From positions 297,972,001 to 298,036,000 of the forward strand of contig OZ024742.1 of the NCBI GenBank assembly GCA_964016885.1: a stretch of 64,000 nt of DNA. Direction: 5' to 3'. This DNA is from Eledone cirrhosa. Its lineage: Eukaryota. The notes below the pieces were generated by a model, which saw nothing but the letters and a program-made list of their open reading frames with translations, did no database searches and was not told the origin of the DNA. Positions 27,230-39,700 of the stretch are shown here, one piece after another. The number at the start of each line of letters is the position of its first letter. Positions within the stretch are counted from its first letter, which is position 1. The position numbers and the translations under genes were made by a program.

Positions 27230-27955
27230 CTGCCTCAAAAGTGTTTAATAATTCACCTTCAGAATGCAATGTAATACTGTTGTACATGCTACATAAGTTA
27301 CTATCTAGTGCTCTATACTAGCTCTACAATATGTATCACCATTTACTGAAATGAAATAATTTCAACTGACAGTTTTGCAAACTAACAGACATACTTTTTT
27401 ACACTTCTTGCTCTGACTACACTTAAAAAAACTCCACTAAGCTTGCATTTTTCACTACATAAACCTAACTCATCAATACCAAATCATGTGACAGATCATA
27501 ACACCAAACAATATTCTGCACTATTTTGAATATTTCCACAATGCTGCTATGTGGCAAAAATTAATTTTGTAAGAAAATGGGAAAAGTTGGCTCAAGCCAA
27601 CTCGCTTCTAGCCACTGATTTACCCAATGCCACTTTGATGGCATTTTGCTGTTTTAACAGCTTCCTAGCGCCAAGTTTTCCCATTTTCCTATGAATTCTA
27701 ATACACATGCGTGTCAAACTCGATGTTCGAGTTAATTTTGTTTAGAATTTATCAATTTATTTATTGGGTCTTAATATCATGTAATGCATGAAACCACATT
27801 AACAAGACATTCTTGAAAAGTATAAAATAGCATTATAACTGTATTTGAGTGAGTAGTAAATACAGATTAGTTGCCAACAGTATTGATCAGCATGCTGTTC
27901 ACATCTATGAACTACTGAAGTTGAGATTAGTATTACATCAGCTATTTTGACTATT

Positions 27956-28980
27956 CAACCCTTTAGCATTTAAACCAGCCATATCTGGCTAGAATTATAT
28001 GGCCAGAATTATCTCACACTCTTCTGTTCAAGCTGGCTACTAATACTGATATTAAGGTATTGTTCTCAATATGAATAATATCAAAATCTCATAGATTTGC
28101 TATTATGTGAGATAAAGCATTTACCATGAAAATACAATAGTATATATAGAGTAATGTAAATACAGCCTGTGACACACATCATATGCTAAATCACATTAAA
28201 ATATTACAGTCTTTACTCTGATGCTGCAAAATTTCACAACTGTCCACTAGTAAAATTACTATAAACATGAATTAACAAACCAGTTTTTAGACATTTTATA
28301 TAAAATCATTACAGGCAATTATTATATATCAAATTTAACTATACCAACTTTTTTAAAATTCTGATTCTTAAGAGTTTAGTAATATACCTCTCTGAAGTCT
28401 GCATGCCACATGACTGCCTAATTGGCCACGGTGATAGCACCAGCTCTAGTTGATAAGTCTTAAATACCTTACAAGGAGATATTTTATTCACTAAGTCACC
28501 TAAGTTGAGCAAATATTTAAGTAGATGAATTTATCAGTAGTTCCAGAATAGTCAATTACTAACCTCCCTTTGTTCTTACCATTAACAATATATACTTGTA
28601 CTTGCCCGGGTTAGATGACTTAATAAAGTTGGTGTTCTGACAAAGAGTCCAGCCTGAATCATTAGGTGTCTCATATTCCTCATAGCATATTATAAATTCC
28701 ATTTTATGAATCATCAATATGAGTTTAACACATGCTAGCATGGAAAAAATGGACCTTAACTCTTCATTTACATTACTCTATATATACTATTATATTTTCA
28801 CAGAAAAGGCTTTATCCCACATAATTATCTCACATAATATGGAATCTATGAGATTTTTATATTATTTATTTTGAGAATGATACCTTAATATCAGTATGAG
28901 TGGCTGGTTACAGCCGGTTTGAACAGAAAGAGGTGAGAGAATTCAGGCCAAATACGGCTGGTTTAAATGCTAAAGGGTGA
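27956..28980. mobile_element. Inverted pair of about 215-bp TTAA-type MITEs (about 27956-28160 on +, about 28756-28980 on -)
   Basis: Both match the intact copy at 60399-60617. Confidence 0.75.
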
Positions 28981-29649
28981 TGATAATGACACACAACTTT
29001 TCAGTTACCTAAAATCTATAACCACCTGCTTGTCACTGAACTATGTCAATACTTCAATGGTCTTTGCTCCTCTGAACATTTCATGCAACTATTTTTTTCT
29101 CTACCTACTTATTCCCAGACATGTACGAAACACTTCATTTAACCTACTTTATATTTATTGCTTAATCAGGAAGAAAGGGTTTATGATAACCCTTTTCAGG
29201 ACTGATGGGATGAAGAAAGGTATCCACAATCTGGAGACCAACTTAAAATGTTTGTAATGGAGTGGAGTTTTCCAGAGTATACTGGGGAGTAGATTAAATC
29301 TACCACTAATTAGGTCATCATAGGTTTTCAACCCTGAACACACAGAGCCAGGACAATCACTGCAAGGCATCTCGTCCATTGCCCTATCAATTCTGCCAGT
29401 CCATCACCCTAGACATGTAATTTATCTAATGACTTTAGAAAGATGAAAGGCAATGCTGACTTCGGCAGGATTAGAGAATAGATTATTTCTATTGTATACA
29501 TAAGGCCAGCATTTCTGGAGAACAGAAAAGTTGATCAAATTGACCACAGTACTTGACTGGTACTTTATTTTATCAAATGTGGAGAAATGAAAGACAAGGC
29601 AAATTTGACCTCACTGCAATTTAAAATCAGAATGTAAAAATTTGTAACT

Positions 29650-30050
29650 AAATAATGATTTCTACCATAGGCACAAGGCCAGCAATTTGGTGGGAGGGGA
29701 AAGTTAATTAAATCGATCCCAGAGTATTGGTGCTTTATTTTATCAACTCCGTAAGGATGAAAGTCAAAGCTAACCTTGACAGGATCTGAACTCAGGACCT
29801 AAAGGGCCAAAACTCTATGCTGCAAAGCATGGTGTCTAATGCTCTACCGATACTGCCAATCAACTAAATAACTGTTTCTACTTTTGGCACAAGGCAGAAA
29901 TTACCCCAGTGCATTACTGGTATTTTATTTTATCGACCCCGTAAGGACGAAAGCAAAGTTAACCTCGGCGGGATTTGAACTCAGACTGCAAAGGGGCGTA
30001 ACTATGCTGGAAAGCATGGCGTCTGACCCTCTACCGATATTGCCAATCCC
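29650..30050 (-). mobile_element. Tandem SINE family 1 copies
   Basis: Reverse-complement matches to the SINE1 copies (long then short variant). Confidence 0.85.
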
Positions 30051-30260
30051 AATATAAGGCATTTTGTCTGACAATCTAATGTTCCTGTCAAACCACCTCC
30101 CAGAATAAATAATAATTTATAAGGTGTGAAACTGAACTTTAGGAGAGACTCCATTGATCTAATCCAGTTACCTAAATATTAGTTTATAAATATCTGAGAA
30201 ATCTATGGGTTATAGGTTACTCTTCTTCTGAATAATCAATATTTCATTTGAAGAAAATAC

Positions 30261-30346
30261 CTTAACATTAGTTGAATCTTATATATACTTTGTATCAAAT
30301 AAGATGTAAATGTAATTTTATTGGTGAAAATATAATCTATCATGGC
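30261..30346 (-). CDS. Candidate 86-nt exon (AMIDYIFTNKITFTSYLIQSIYKIQLML)
   Basis: Acceptor tttcttctatccag, donor AAG|GTATTT; only phase 0 is open, ends in phase 2. Confidence 0.3.
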
Positions 30347-30601
30347 CTGGATAGAAGAAATATTTCAACTGCTTTTTAGCTACAATGCAAATTTGATTGA
30401 AATATATTGAGAAACTGAAGAAAGACATTCCAAAAATAAAATAAGTAAAATACTGAAATAAGTTGCAGGAATTGCAAAGTATATTATATGAAACTGTTTT
30501 CCATGCAATACATATATTTTATGATGAATGTTGCCATGAGACAAAGGAAAATATAGATATTTGTAAAACAATTAGAATTATGAATTTCTCTGTATGACTT
30601 A

Positions 30602-31438
30602 TCTATATTATAATTGTTTCTACTATTGGCACAAGGCCAGCAAATACCCAGTGCATTACTGGTACTTTATTTTATCGACCCCGTAAGGATGAAAGGCAAA
30701 GTGAACCGCGGTGGGATTTGAACTCACACCATAAAGGGGCCTAACTCTATGCTGCAAAGCATGGCGTCCGACCTTTACTGATACTGCCAATCACCCGACT
30801 TATCTCCTTATAATATATAACCAGCAATTTCTCTGTCTGTCTGTCCGACAGTGGAAACACGTGTGCGCGTGGTTGCTATCTCTCTCTCTCTCTCCAGCTA
30901 TCCCTCTCTTTTAGTCTGTCTGTTTCTCTCACTCTCACTCTTTCTCTTTGTAACACACTAACATTCCTCCCCTCTATTGCTGTGACGAATGGGGAGATGG
31001 AGGAGGAGGAGGAGGAGAGAGTCACTTCGTCACTTCACCTCTGCCTTTCTTTCTCTCCCCTCTCACTCCCTCATTACGTACAGACATTAGGGCGGTGGAT
31101 TGGCAGAATCTGTAGAGAGTCGGACACCATGCTTCATAGCATGGAGTTACGTCCCTTTACGGTCTGAGTTCAAATACCGCCGAGGTTAACTTTGCCTTTC
31201 ATCCTCACGGGGTCGATAAAATAAAGTACCAGTAATGTACTGGGTAATTGCTGGCCTTGTGCCACAAGTAGAAACAATTATTAGAAACATTCTTCATTTT
31301 TACATATCTAAGCATTAGTAAAATAACTAATAATTTCAAAAGTAATTTTTCAATTCCATTTGCAAAACATTAATAATAACAGCAAAACATTAATAATAAT
31401 TTTGTTCTAAGAAATATATATACATTTCTGTGTGTGTA

Positions 31439-31469
<31 letters not shown>

Positions 31470-32041
31470 GAAATATATATACATTTCTGTGTGTGTAATA
31501 TATATATACACACACAGAAATATATGGGCATTTCTCTGTTTGTCTGTCTGTCCTTCCCTAAAACTCAAATGTAGGTGCTACAGAAATATTACCTTCCCCT
31601 TCCTTTCTCCACTTTGGTACTACCAAGAGAAACACTGTCGCTATAGAAACATTACCTTCCCCTCTCCACTGACTTTGGTCACTGAGGCCGAGGGAATCGC
31701 TGGTTGCTATAGAGACACCTTGCACAAGCCAGAAGTAACCAGTTCGAGGCGGTTCTGACTTGACACCATGCCAAGGACCATTTGAAGATATATTTCCATC
31801 GTTATATCATAACGTTTATATTTCCGTCACTAATCTCTTTTTCTCCTTTTTCGTTTTAACATATATTTATTTCAAAGATTTCACCGTATAGATAACATAT
31901 ATATTTATACATGCATAAAAGACACACCGAGAGACGGTGAACATGTGGTGCCGAAAACATTTCTCATCCAAATCTCAACAATATAAGTATATACACTAGA
32001 TTTGCTAGCAGAAAACCACCCACGGGGTGGTTTTCTGCTAG
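30602..32041 (+). mobile_element. Non-autonomous Helitron-like region with nested SINE1 copies (30612-30797 on -, 31090-31282 on +)
   Basis: A|TC start followed by (CTGT)n heads; ends in a hairpin and CTAG|T at 32038-32042. Confidence 0.55.
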
Positions 32042-32482
32042 TCTATATTATAATGATTGTTCACCATTGTTTTGTCTGTCTGTCACACAAATGCTACAAT
32101 CAAACAAAATGACTCTAAATGTTTTTATTTAGAATTAGTGAAGTTGAAAAAGTAAGATAAAACGTAGGTAGTAACCACTGTTTATGACTATATATAGTAA
32201 CCTCTGTATATGAGTAATGTATAATAAATAACCTTTGTATATGAATATGTATAGAAACCACTATGAATGATTACATTAGTAACTACTGTATATGACTATA
32301 TATATAACTATATATATATATATATAGATAGATATATAGTTTAGGTATTGTAACGTCAGGTTACTGTAGGTTCACCCAAGTGAGCACACGATGCGTAGTC
32401 TCCAGTAGGTATTTTGGTGTTGTAATAATAAAAATGCGTGTTACACCTCAATAAATGTAACGAAAAATTAACACCTCAACCA

Positions 32483-32513
<31 letters not shown>

Positions 32514-32689
32514 TATTTTGTTATATTTATGCATAGTTTATTTTATATTCTTACATCTTCATTGTTAAATTAGTCTTGCCATTGTGCACTTTTACTCAAC
32601 CTTATTGTAAACCCCCACTGTCCCTGTCTTTGTATTGTCCCCTACATGTCGGCCCTTGTGGCTAATAAATGAAATCATTATTATTATTA

Positions 32690-32869
32690 TTGGATTGGCA
32701 GTATCGGTAGAGGGTCGGACGCCATGCTTTCCAGCATAGTTACGTCCCTTTACGATCTGAGTTCAAATCCCGCCGAGGTTGACTTTGCCTTTCATCCTTA
32801 CGGGGTCGATAAAATAAAGTACCAGTAATGCACTGGATAATTGCTGGCCTTGTGCCTAAAGTAGAAACA

Positions 32870-32924
<55 letters not shown>

Positions 32925-33498
32925 CTATATACACACTCAGTAACCACCACTTCAAGATTCAAGTAATGCAACAATTATTTTCATATGGAGTTGTTTTGAT
33001 GAAATCCAAGTTATCGGTTTGATGTCCTGATAACCAAACATTCGAAGAATATTTCAGTGTGTGAAATGTTTTTGTACTAAAACGTAAACAAGGCATTACA
33101 TTGTTTGTATGTGTGTGTGTGTGCTGGTATGTGTATGTGTGTATGTATGCATATGTTTATGTACCATATATACTCATGTATAAGCAGAGAAATATGTGAC
33201 AAAAAAAAAGTTGATAATAAAATAGGGGTTGGGTTATATAAATGCATACAAACAGACTTTATAGATATACAAAAACATTGACACCCACACAAACACACAC
33301 ATTTATAATAATTGTTTCTACTTTAGGCACAAGGCCAGCAATTACCCAGTGCATTACTGGTACTTTATTTTATCGACCCTGTAAGGATGAAAGGCAAAGT
33401 CAACCTCGGCGGGATTTGAACTCAGATCGTAAAGGGACGTAACTATGCTGGAAAGCATGGCGTCCGACCCTCTACCGATACTGCCAATCCACCGCCCC
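32690..33498. mobile_element. Convergent near-identical SINE1 pair (32690-32872 on +, 33308-33498 on -)
   Basis: Direct sequence comparison; (ATT)n tail at 32870-32920. Confidence 0.9.
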
Positions 33499-33595
33499 AA
33501 ATTTATAATAATGCATAGACAATGACATACACAAATACAGATACAACCATATAAACATAATGCATATTTATAGTATGTATAGTATGCATACTATA

Positions 33596-33930
33596 TGGAG
33601 GCACATGGCTTAGTGGTTAGAGCATTGGCCTTGCAATCGAAAGGTTGTGAGTTCAATTCTCAGACCGGGTGATGTGTTGTTTCCTTGAGCAAGACACTTT
33701 ATTTCACATTGCTCCAGTTTACTCAGCTGTAGAAATGAGATGATAGGGACTGGGGTCACTATCATTTCACTGCAAAGGGGACGTGGAGGTGCCACAACAA
33801 AAAAGCACTCCGCACTCACTGTAAATGAGGTTGGTGTTAGGAAGGGCATCCAGCTGTAGAAATCAAGCCAGAATCAGTTCCCGTCCCACCCTTGCAAGCA
33901 GGGAAAAGCGGACGTAAAATGATGAAAAAT
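33596..33930 (+). mobile_element. SINE family 2, full length
   Basis: A-box TGGCTTAGTGG, B-box GAGTTCAATTC, body ccttgagcaagacacttt...cagctgtagaaatg, tail gttaggaagggcatccagctgtagaa...ggacgtaaaatgatg. Confidence 0.9.
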
Positions 33931-36588
33931 GATGAAATACATGAGTTTCATTCAATTTCTATGTTACATAAAAATCTGTTATATTCAGAAGATAATGTTA
34001 TTATTGTCAGTTAAAAGGAAGTAAACAAAATTTCAAGAAACTTGTTAAAACTTTTATAAAACAGATGAAATGGTAAAAAATTGATTCTCAGCACTCCCAC
34101 TTTACAGTGTGTTAAATAATAAATACTAATGTAAACAACCATACAAATAGATAAACATTGCTTTATAAATCTAAACCCCTTTCCTATTATTCTAGGTACC
34201 TTCATCAATGACAAAATCACATTTTACTTTTAGATCCTATTAGATATGCGTAGGGACCCTTCCTTAGTTGTCAAACACGGATCTATGCTATCTCTTGTTT
34301 GGTGAGTTTGAGAATAGGGCTTATATTGCTTAGATTTAATATATAATCCAAAGAAGGTGCTTGCCAAACCAATAGATAGCCTCTACTTTGTCACTCTATC
34401 TGCTAGAAATAACAGCAAACTTTTCCTCAAAGCACACCCAATGTATCTTTGTAAATAAACACATTTGGCAATGTAACCTCGACAGAGTTAACATTCTTGT
34501 GATAATACTTCTAATGAAATACACTTTATTTCAATTAATCAAGGAAGAATTTTGAGGAATTTACTAAAGTTATTTAATACGTCATTATTAAGATAGTAAC
34601 TTATATAAAATTATGTTGGAAGAATTTAATTTAAACAGTAACTCTTTAAAATGAATGGGGTTTTTGTTCATAGAGCCAGAGGCAGTTTTTGCTGAATTGC
34701 TATTAATAGGGTTAAGCATATGAATAAATAAATAGATGAAAATTTTACAAATGAAGTCAATTTGTTATGTTGAAAATTAATAACATTTAAATCGGCAATG
34801 ATGTTCAGACCATTTTCAATATGATGTAAGAAATATAAGTAAATTACTTCTTTTTGAGACAGAAAAATAATTACATTTCATAAGAAACACTTTTATTGTT
34901 CTCTCCATGGCATACATACGCCATCACCTCTGATTTCTTTCAACATTTATTGATAGAAAAGAAGAAATGCAATTTATTGTTATTCGGCAAGTAAGATGAC
35001 TTCTACCGAAATAGAAACTGAATATTCGTTTTTGCAAGCAAATGATATATCTACTCAGAGAATTACTTGTCTATAACATCCTAATTGCTTGTGTTATTGT
35101 ATTTTTTTTATTACCACACATAATACAATGGTAACAAAAAATAACAAAAACAATGACAAATAGAACCAAGCTAACCCCACACAGAGACACACAGACAAAT
35201 GGAGAAAGAGCAAGAAGACAAATGAAACTACAACTTAATTGGAACAAATGTCTGATTAGTTAGGAAAAAATATATATAATGATTTCTACTAGAGGCAGAA
35301 GGCCAGCAATATGGGGGAGGGGAAAGTCGATTAAATCAACCCCAGTGCATTACTGGTACTTTATTTATTGACTCCGTAAGGATGAAAAGCAAAGCTAACA
35401 TAGATGGGATTTTAAGACAGAATACAGAAGGCCATAACTCCATGCAGTGAAGCATGGTGTCCGATGCTTCACCAATACTGTCAATCCAATATATAATAAA
35501 AAGGCAGATACTAGAATGAGCAAGAATAACAATTACATTGTAATTGATAACATAAGATAAATCCCACCATGAAATAATGATTTCTCGAGTTTTGTCAGTA
35601 AAGCAGTAGAACCCCTTTATAGAAACAATCATCATCAACAACATCATCACTTAACACTCAAATGCTGGTGTGAGTTAGATGGGTTGGAGAATCTCAACTC
35701 ACTAATATATTTCATTTTGGGCACAATTTCATTAATACATATATATATATTCATTAATACATATATATATATACATATTCTCAATATATATATATATACT
35801 TGATATATATATATATTGAGAATTTTACTTTTCTCTCAACCCAAAACACAGCCACTCTATTTGCTATTAACTAAATGTGTCCACTCTGAACAGCTGATTG
35901 CAACTGCATTACTGCAATTCGGCAGATTCATTGAGTGAGCTACACGGTGGTCAGAGATCGTTGACTTAATACCAGCGATCTTCGTTAATTTTATAATATA
36001 TATGTGTGTGTGTGTGCATACATCTCTCTTCAAACCCTCCATTTCCTGAACAAGGATTTACATCTGAAGCATCAAACCCTCCTCTATTTCCTCCTAAGTG
36101 TGATACTAATAAGACTTTGTATTTTTGCATCCCTGCATTTGTGTTGTCATTTCTTTAACTATGCATACATAGATATATACATATATATATATATTTATAT
36201 ATATCAGATAGGTATAGTCAAGGCAACTAAATCTTGCTGGTCCAGTCAACTTAGTTATAGATAAATTAGCGGGTAAATTTATTGCAGTAAGCAGAAATGC
36301 TGAATTGTACATTTACCAAATTAACAAGAACTAAGTTCAACTTGTTCAGTTATGCCAGAAGGCAATAGGAATATAATTGATCAGTTGGTGGATATATATT
36401 GAATGTTAAGACAGTCTAATTATAGATATCAATTGGAGATTACATAACACAAAACCAAGTCTGTCTACTAAACACCATTTATTTTAATTATAGTACTATT
36501 GTGAAAAGTAAAGCACAGTTATTTGAACAGGTTTTCATGCATACATGCATCCGGCCAGCCATACATACATACAACCATACATGCATAC

Positions 36589-36662
36589 ATATTGCTCATA
36601 ATGCTTTGGCTTTGCCCATGCTAATGCCAACATTTGGTTTGCTGAAATGGTCATTGCTAGAA
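36589..36662 (-). CDS. Candidate 74-nt exon (LAMTISANQMLALAWAKPKHYEQY)
   Basis: Acceptor ctttcttacatctatttcattcag; the donor GTATGC lies in a microsatellite and is weak; phase 1 to 0. Confidence 0.2.
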
Positions 36663-37164
36663 CTGAATGAAATAGATGTAAGAAAGACTTGCAAGCTGCT
36701 CAGTATTACTGGAAATTTAACATCAATGTTGAAGTGGATAGGTTAAATTTCTTATGCAAGTAGTGTAGCCAGGTCTTAAAATCCATACTAACATCTTATG
36801 AGACCCAGATAATAACACTGAACCAATATTTTTGATAGAAGAAAATATCACAAGTAATGAAATCTTCTCACGTTGTCCACATTTCTGGAAACACCTCTTG
36901 CATAACTACAAAGCTCCGGATTGAATAACAACAACATTCTAATTTTCTAATCAATTCGAACATTTTATTCCGGACATTCCAGGTTATCTCCCTTATTCCT
37001 TTTGCCCGTGGTTTTGTATCGCTTGGGTGAAGCAACCGTTTCTGCACATGTGCATTCATATGGTTGTTCTTCCTGTTCTGTATAACCATTACCAGTCTGA
37101 GCTGAAGATCTGCATAAGGTGAAATAATTGTTCTCGGTATGGTGACCTAACTGTTGTGTTACTA

Positions 37165-37805
37165 CTTCTACCGCTTGCATGCGTTTGGACGGGAATTTTC
37201 CCACTTGAGGCAAGATTGGATGTCTTGCTCATATAGGACTGTCTGGCAGGTTTTCTACGGCTGGATGCCCTTCCTAACACCAACCACGTTTACAGTGTGG
37301 ACTGAGAGGTTTTTACCATGTTACCTACATGCCACATTACAGCGTGGACTGTGTGTTTTTTTGTCGTGACACCTACACGACCTCATTTATTTCGGACTGG
37401 ATGTTGTGGTACCAACATAACTTTACATCAAAAGGGGTGGTGTGGATGTGGGACGGGGGTGTATTTTTGTTAAGAGGTGCCTACTGACTGTAGGTTTTGC
37501 TTTGTACTTAGGCAAGGCGGGTCTTCTGTATTACTGTGTAGCGCCAAAGATCTCAGTCCAGTGACATTGTCTTGGAGAGGTGTAAGTGTGTGAGGTCAGA
37601 ATTTATCAAGTCGTCCCAGGTTTTTCTGGGTCTGCCTACTCTGTGGCTACCGTCTATTTTTATCACCCTGCACTTTTTTATACAGCTATCGGCTTTCATG
37701 CGCATCACGTGACTATACCAACGTAGTCTTTTCTCGAGTAAACAACATCTGATCCCTCTTATTCCTAATTTCTCCCTTAGTTCATTTATGCTTTGCCGTT
37801 CACTT
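37165..37805 (-). mobile_element. RTE LINE 3' fragment
   Basis: Highly similar to 24095-24740. Confidence 0.9.
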
Positions 37806-38276
37806 ATATTACTATATATATATATATATATATATACATATATGTATATATAAATATATATATATATAAAACAAAATGTTGTATTTTGCTTGAAGCATTG
37901 TGGAATAAGAAATACAAATTTAAATAAGTTAAAATATTTGGAAGCCCTACAATGTGTGCAAGATTAAAAGTGCCAAAGTAATATATATATGGAGACATTA
38001 CAGGAGCTCTGCAACCCCCATTTTTACTGCTGTCTGATTATATCATGTGACTAGTTATATGATTGAACAATCACAGAGTCACAGCACCATTGAAATATGC
38101 ATCACAGCATTGTTAATAAAGGACTTTTAATATTTTCCTTATTCTACATATACTCCAAATAATAGTTGGAAGACAAATAATAGTTGGAAGAAAATACATG
38201 ACGGTGAGAGCTTAAATCGAATTGCATCATTATTCACTGATTGGTGTGTTGCATATGCAACCCCAACATGTTTACA

Positions 38277-38338
<62 letters not shown>

Positions 38339-38487
38339 GTGTGTGTATCCCAGGTTCAATTGGGGATAACCACAGTAAGTAAGGTACTTAATACATATAG
38401 CAGAGTATCAATATTTAAATATATATATATTAAATATATGTATATATATATATAATAAAAAAGAAAATTTTCGCTCTCCATGGCTGA

Positions 38488-38871
38488 ATACAATAAATGC
38501 AATCTGAGCTTTTCTAATATTAATAATTGTTTCTACTTTTAGGCACAAGGCCAGCAATTACCCAGTGCATTACTGGTACTTTATTTTATCGACCCCCGTA
38601 AGGATGAAAGGCAAAGTCAATCTTTTCTAATATTAATAATAACATTCAATTTGATTGCAATTATGCAAACGAGCTTCAATTTTATAGCCATGTCAGTAGA
38701 ATGAACCCTTCATTCTTGCTCTTGTGTTGGCATGTGAACTGTTCACATGCCAACACAAGAGCAAGAATGAAGGGTTCATTCTACTGACATGGCTATCAAA
38801 TTGAGGTTTGTTTGCATAATTGCAAACAAATTGAATGTTATTATTAATATTTGAAAAACTCAGATTACATT

Positions 38872-38878
<7 letters not shown>
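38488..38878. repeat. Spacer-less palindrome centred at 38740; the left arm is interrupted by a truncated SINE1
   Basis: ...catgtgaac t gttcacatg...; arms about 135 bp; SINE TSD cttttctaatattaataat at 38509-27 and 38622-40. Confidence 0.9.
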
Positions 38879-38970
<92 letters not shown>

Positions 38971-39299
38971 TTCGAAATCACTATTTTCTTACCATATTTC
39001 AAATGAAAGATGCTGCCTATGACTAATTTTGAAAATAACCAAGAATTTGGAAGGATTTAGTAATATAACTAACTTTCTTATTATTAAGTCAGAATTTAGA
39101 GAATAACTTAACAAAGCTTCTTACATAAAATTATGAAGGATGGTTATTAGATATATATATAAACACTTTGAGATAAACAGTTTTGTACCATAGAACCAGA
39201 AGTGGTTTCAGGCAAGTTTGTATCAATAAAGTTAACCTAGCTTTTGTCATATCTTTATCAACACTCATCTATATAACTATATTTATCCAAATTTAATGA

Positions 39300-39473
39300 G
39301 AGAGAGTATCTGTGTGCATGTAAATATATGTTTGTGTTTGTCTGTGTGTGTGCATGTGTACATACTTGTGTTTATTTCTGTGTGATTGTATGTATGTATG
39401 TGCGTGTGTTTATTTGAGTGTGTGTGTTTTTTTGTGTATGTGTGTGTGTTAGCATGTGATTGTTTGTGCTTGT

Positions 39474-39520
<47 letters not shown>

Positions 39521-39700
39521 GAGTACATGTGTTTATTTGTGTGTGTATGTATTTGTGTGAATATGTGTGTGCGTTTGTTTGTGTGTGGCGGGGTGTTTGT
39601 GTGTGGGGGTGTGTGTGTATGTATGAGTGTGTGTGTGTATGTATGAGTGTGTGTGTATGTGTATGTATGAGTGTGTGTGTGTGTGTATGTAGGTGAGTGC
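39300..39700. repeat. Degenerate (TG)n microsatellite tract
   Basis: Direct inspection. Confidence 0.9.

Noticed and set aside
32349-32445. Solo LTR (tgtaac...gttaca)
   Set aside because: Very short, no target-site duplication and no second copy in the window.
33596-33670. tRNA gene
   Set aside because: The A and B boxes belong to a SINE head followed by a body and LINE-like tail; no complete cloverleaf.
34920-35070. Minus-strand exon
   Set aside because: The long open frame stops (TGA) before the best donor site, so the frames and splice sites are inconsistent.
36868-37089. APE endonuclease start (ITWNVR) of a LINE
   Set aside because: A single short motif with no downstream APE motifs; too weak to call.
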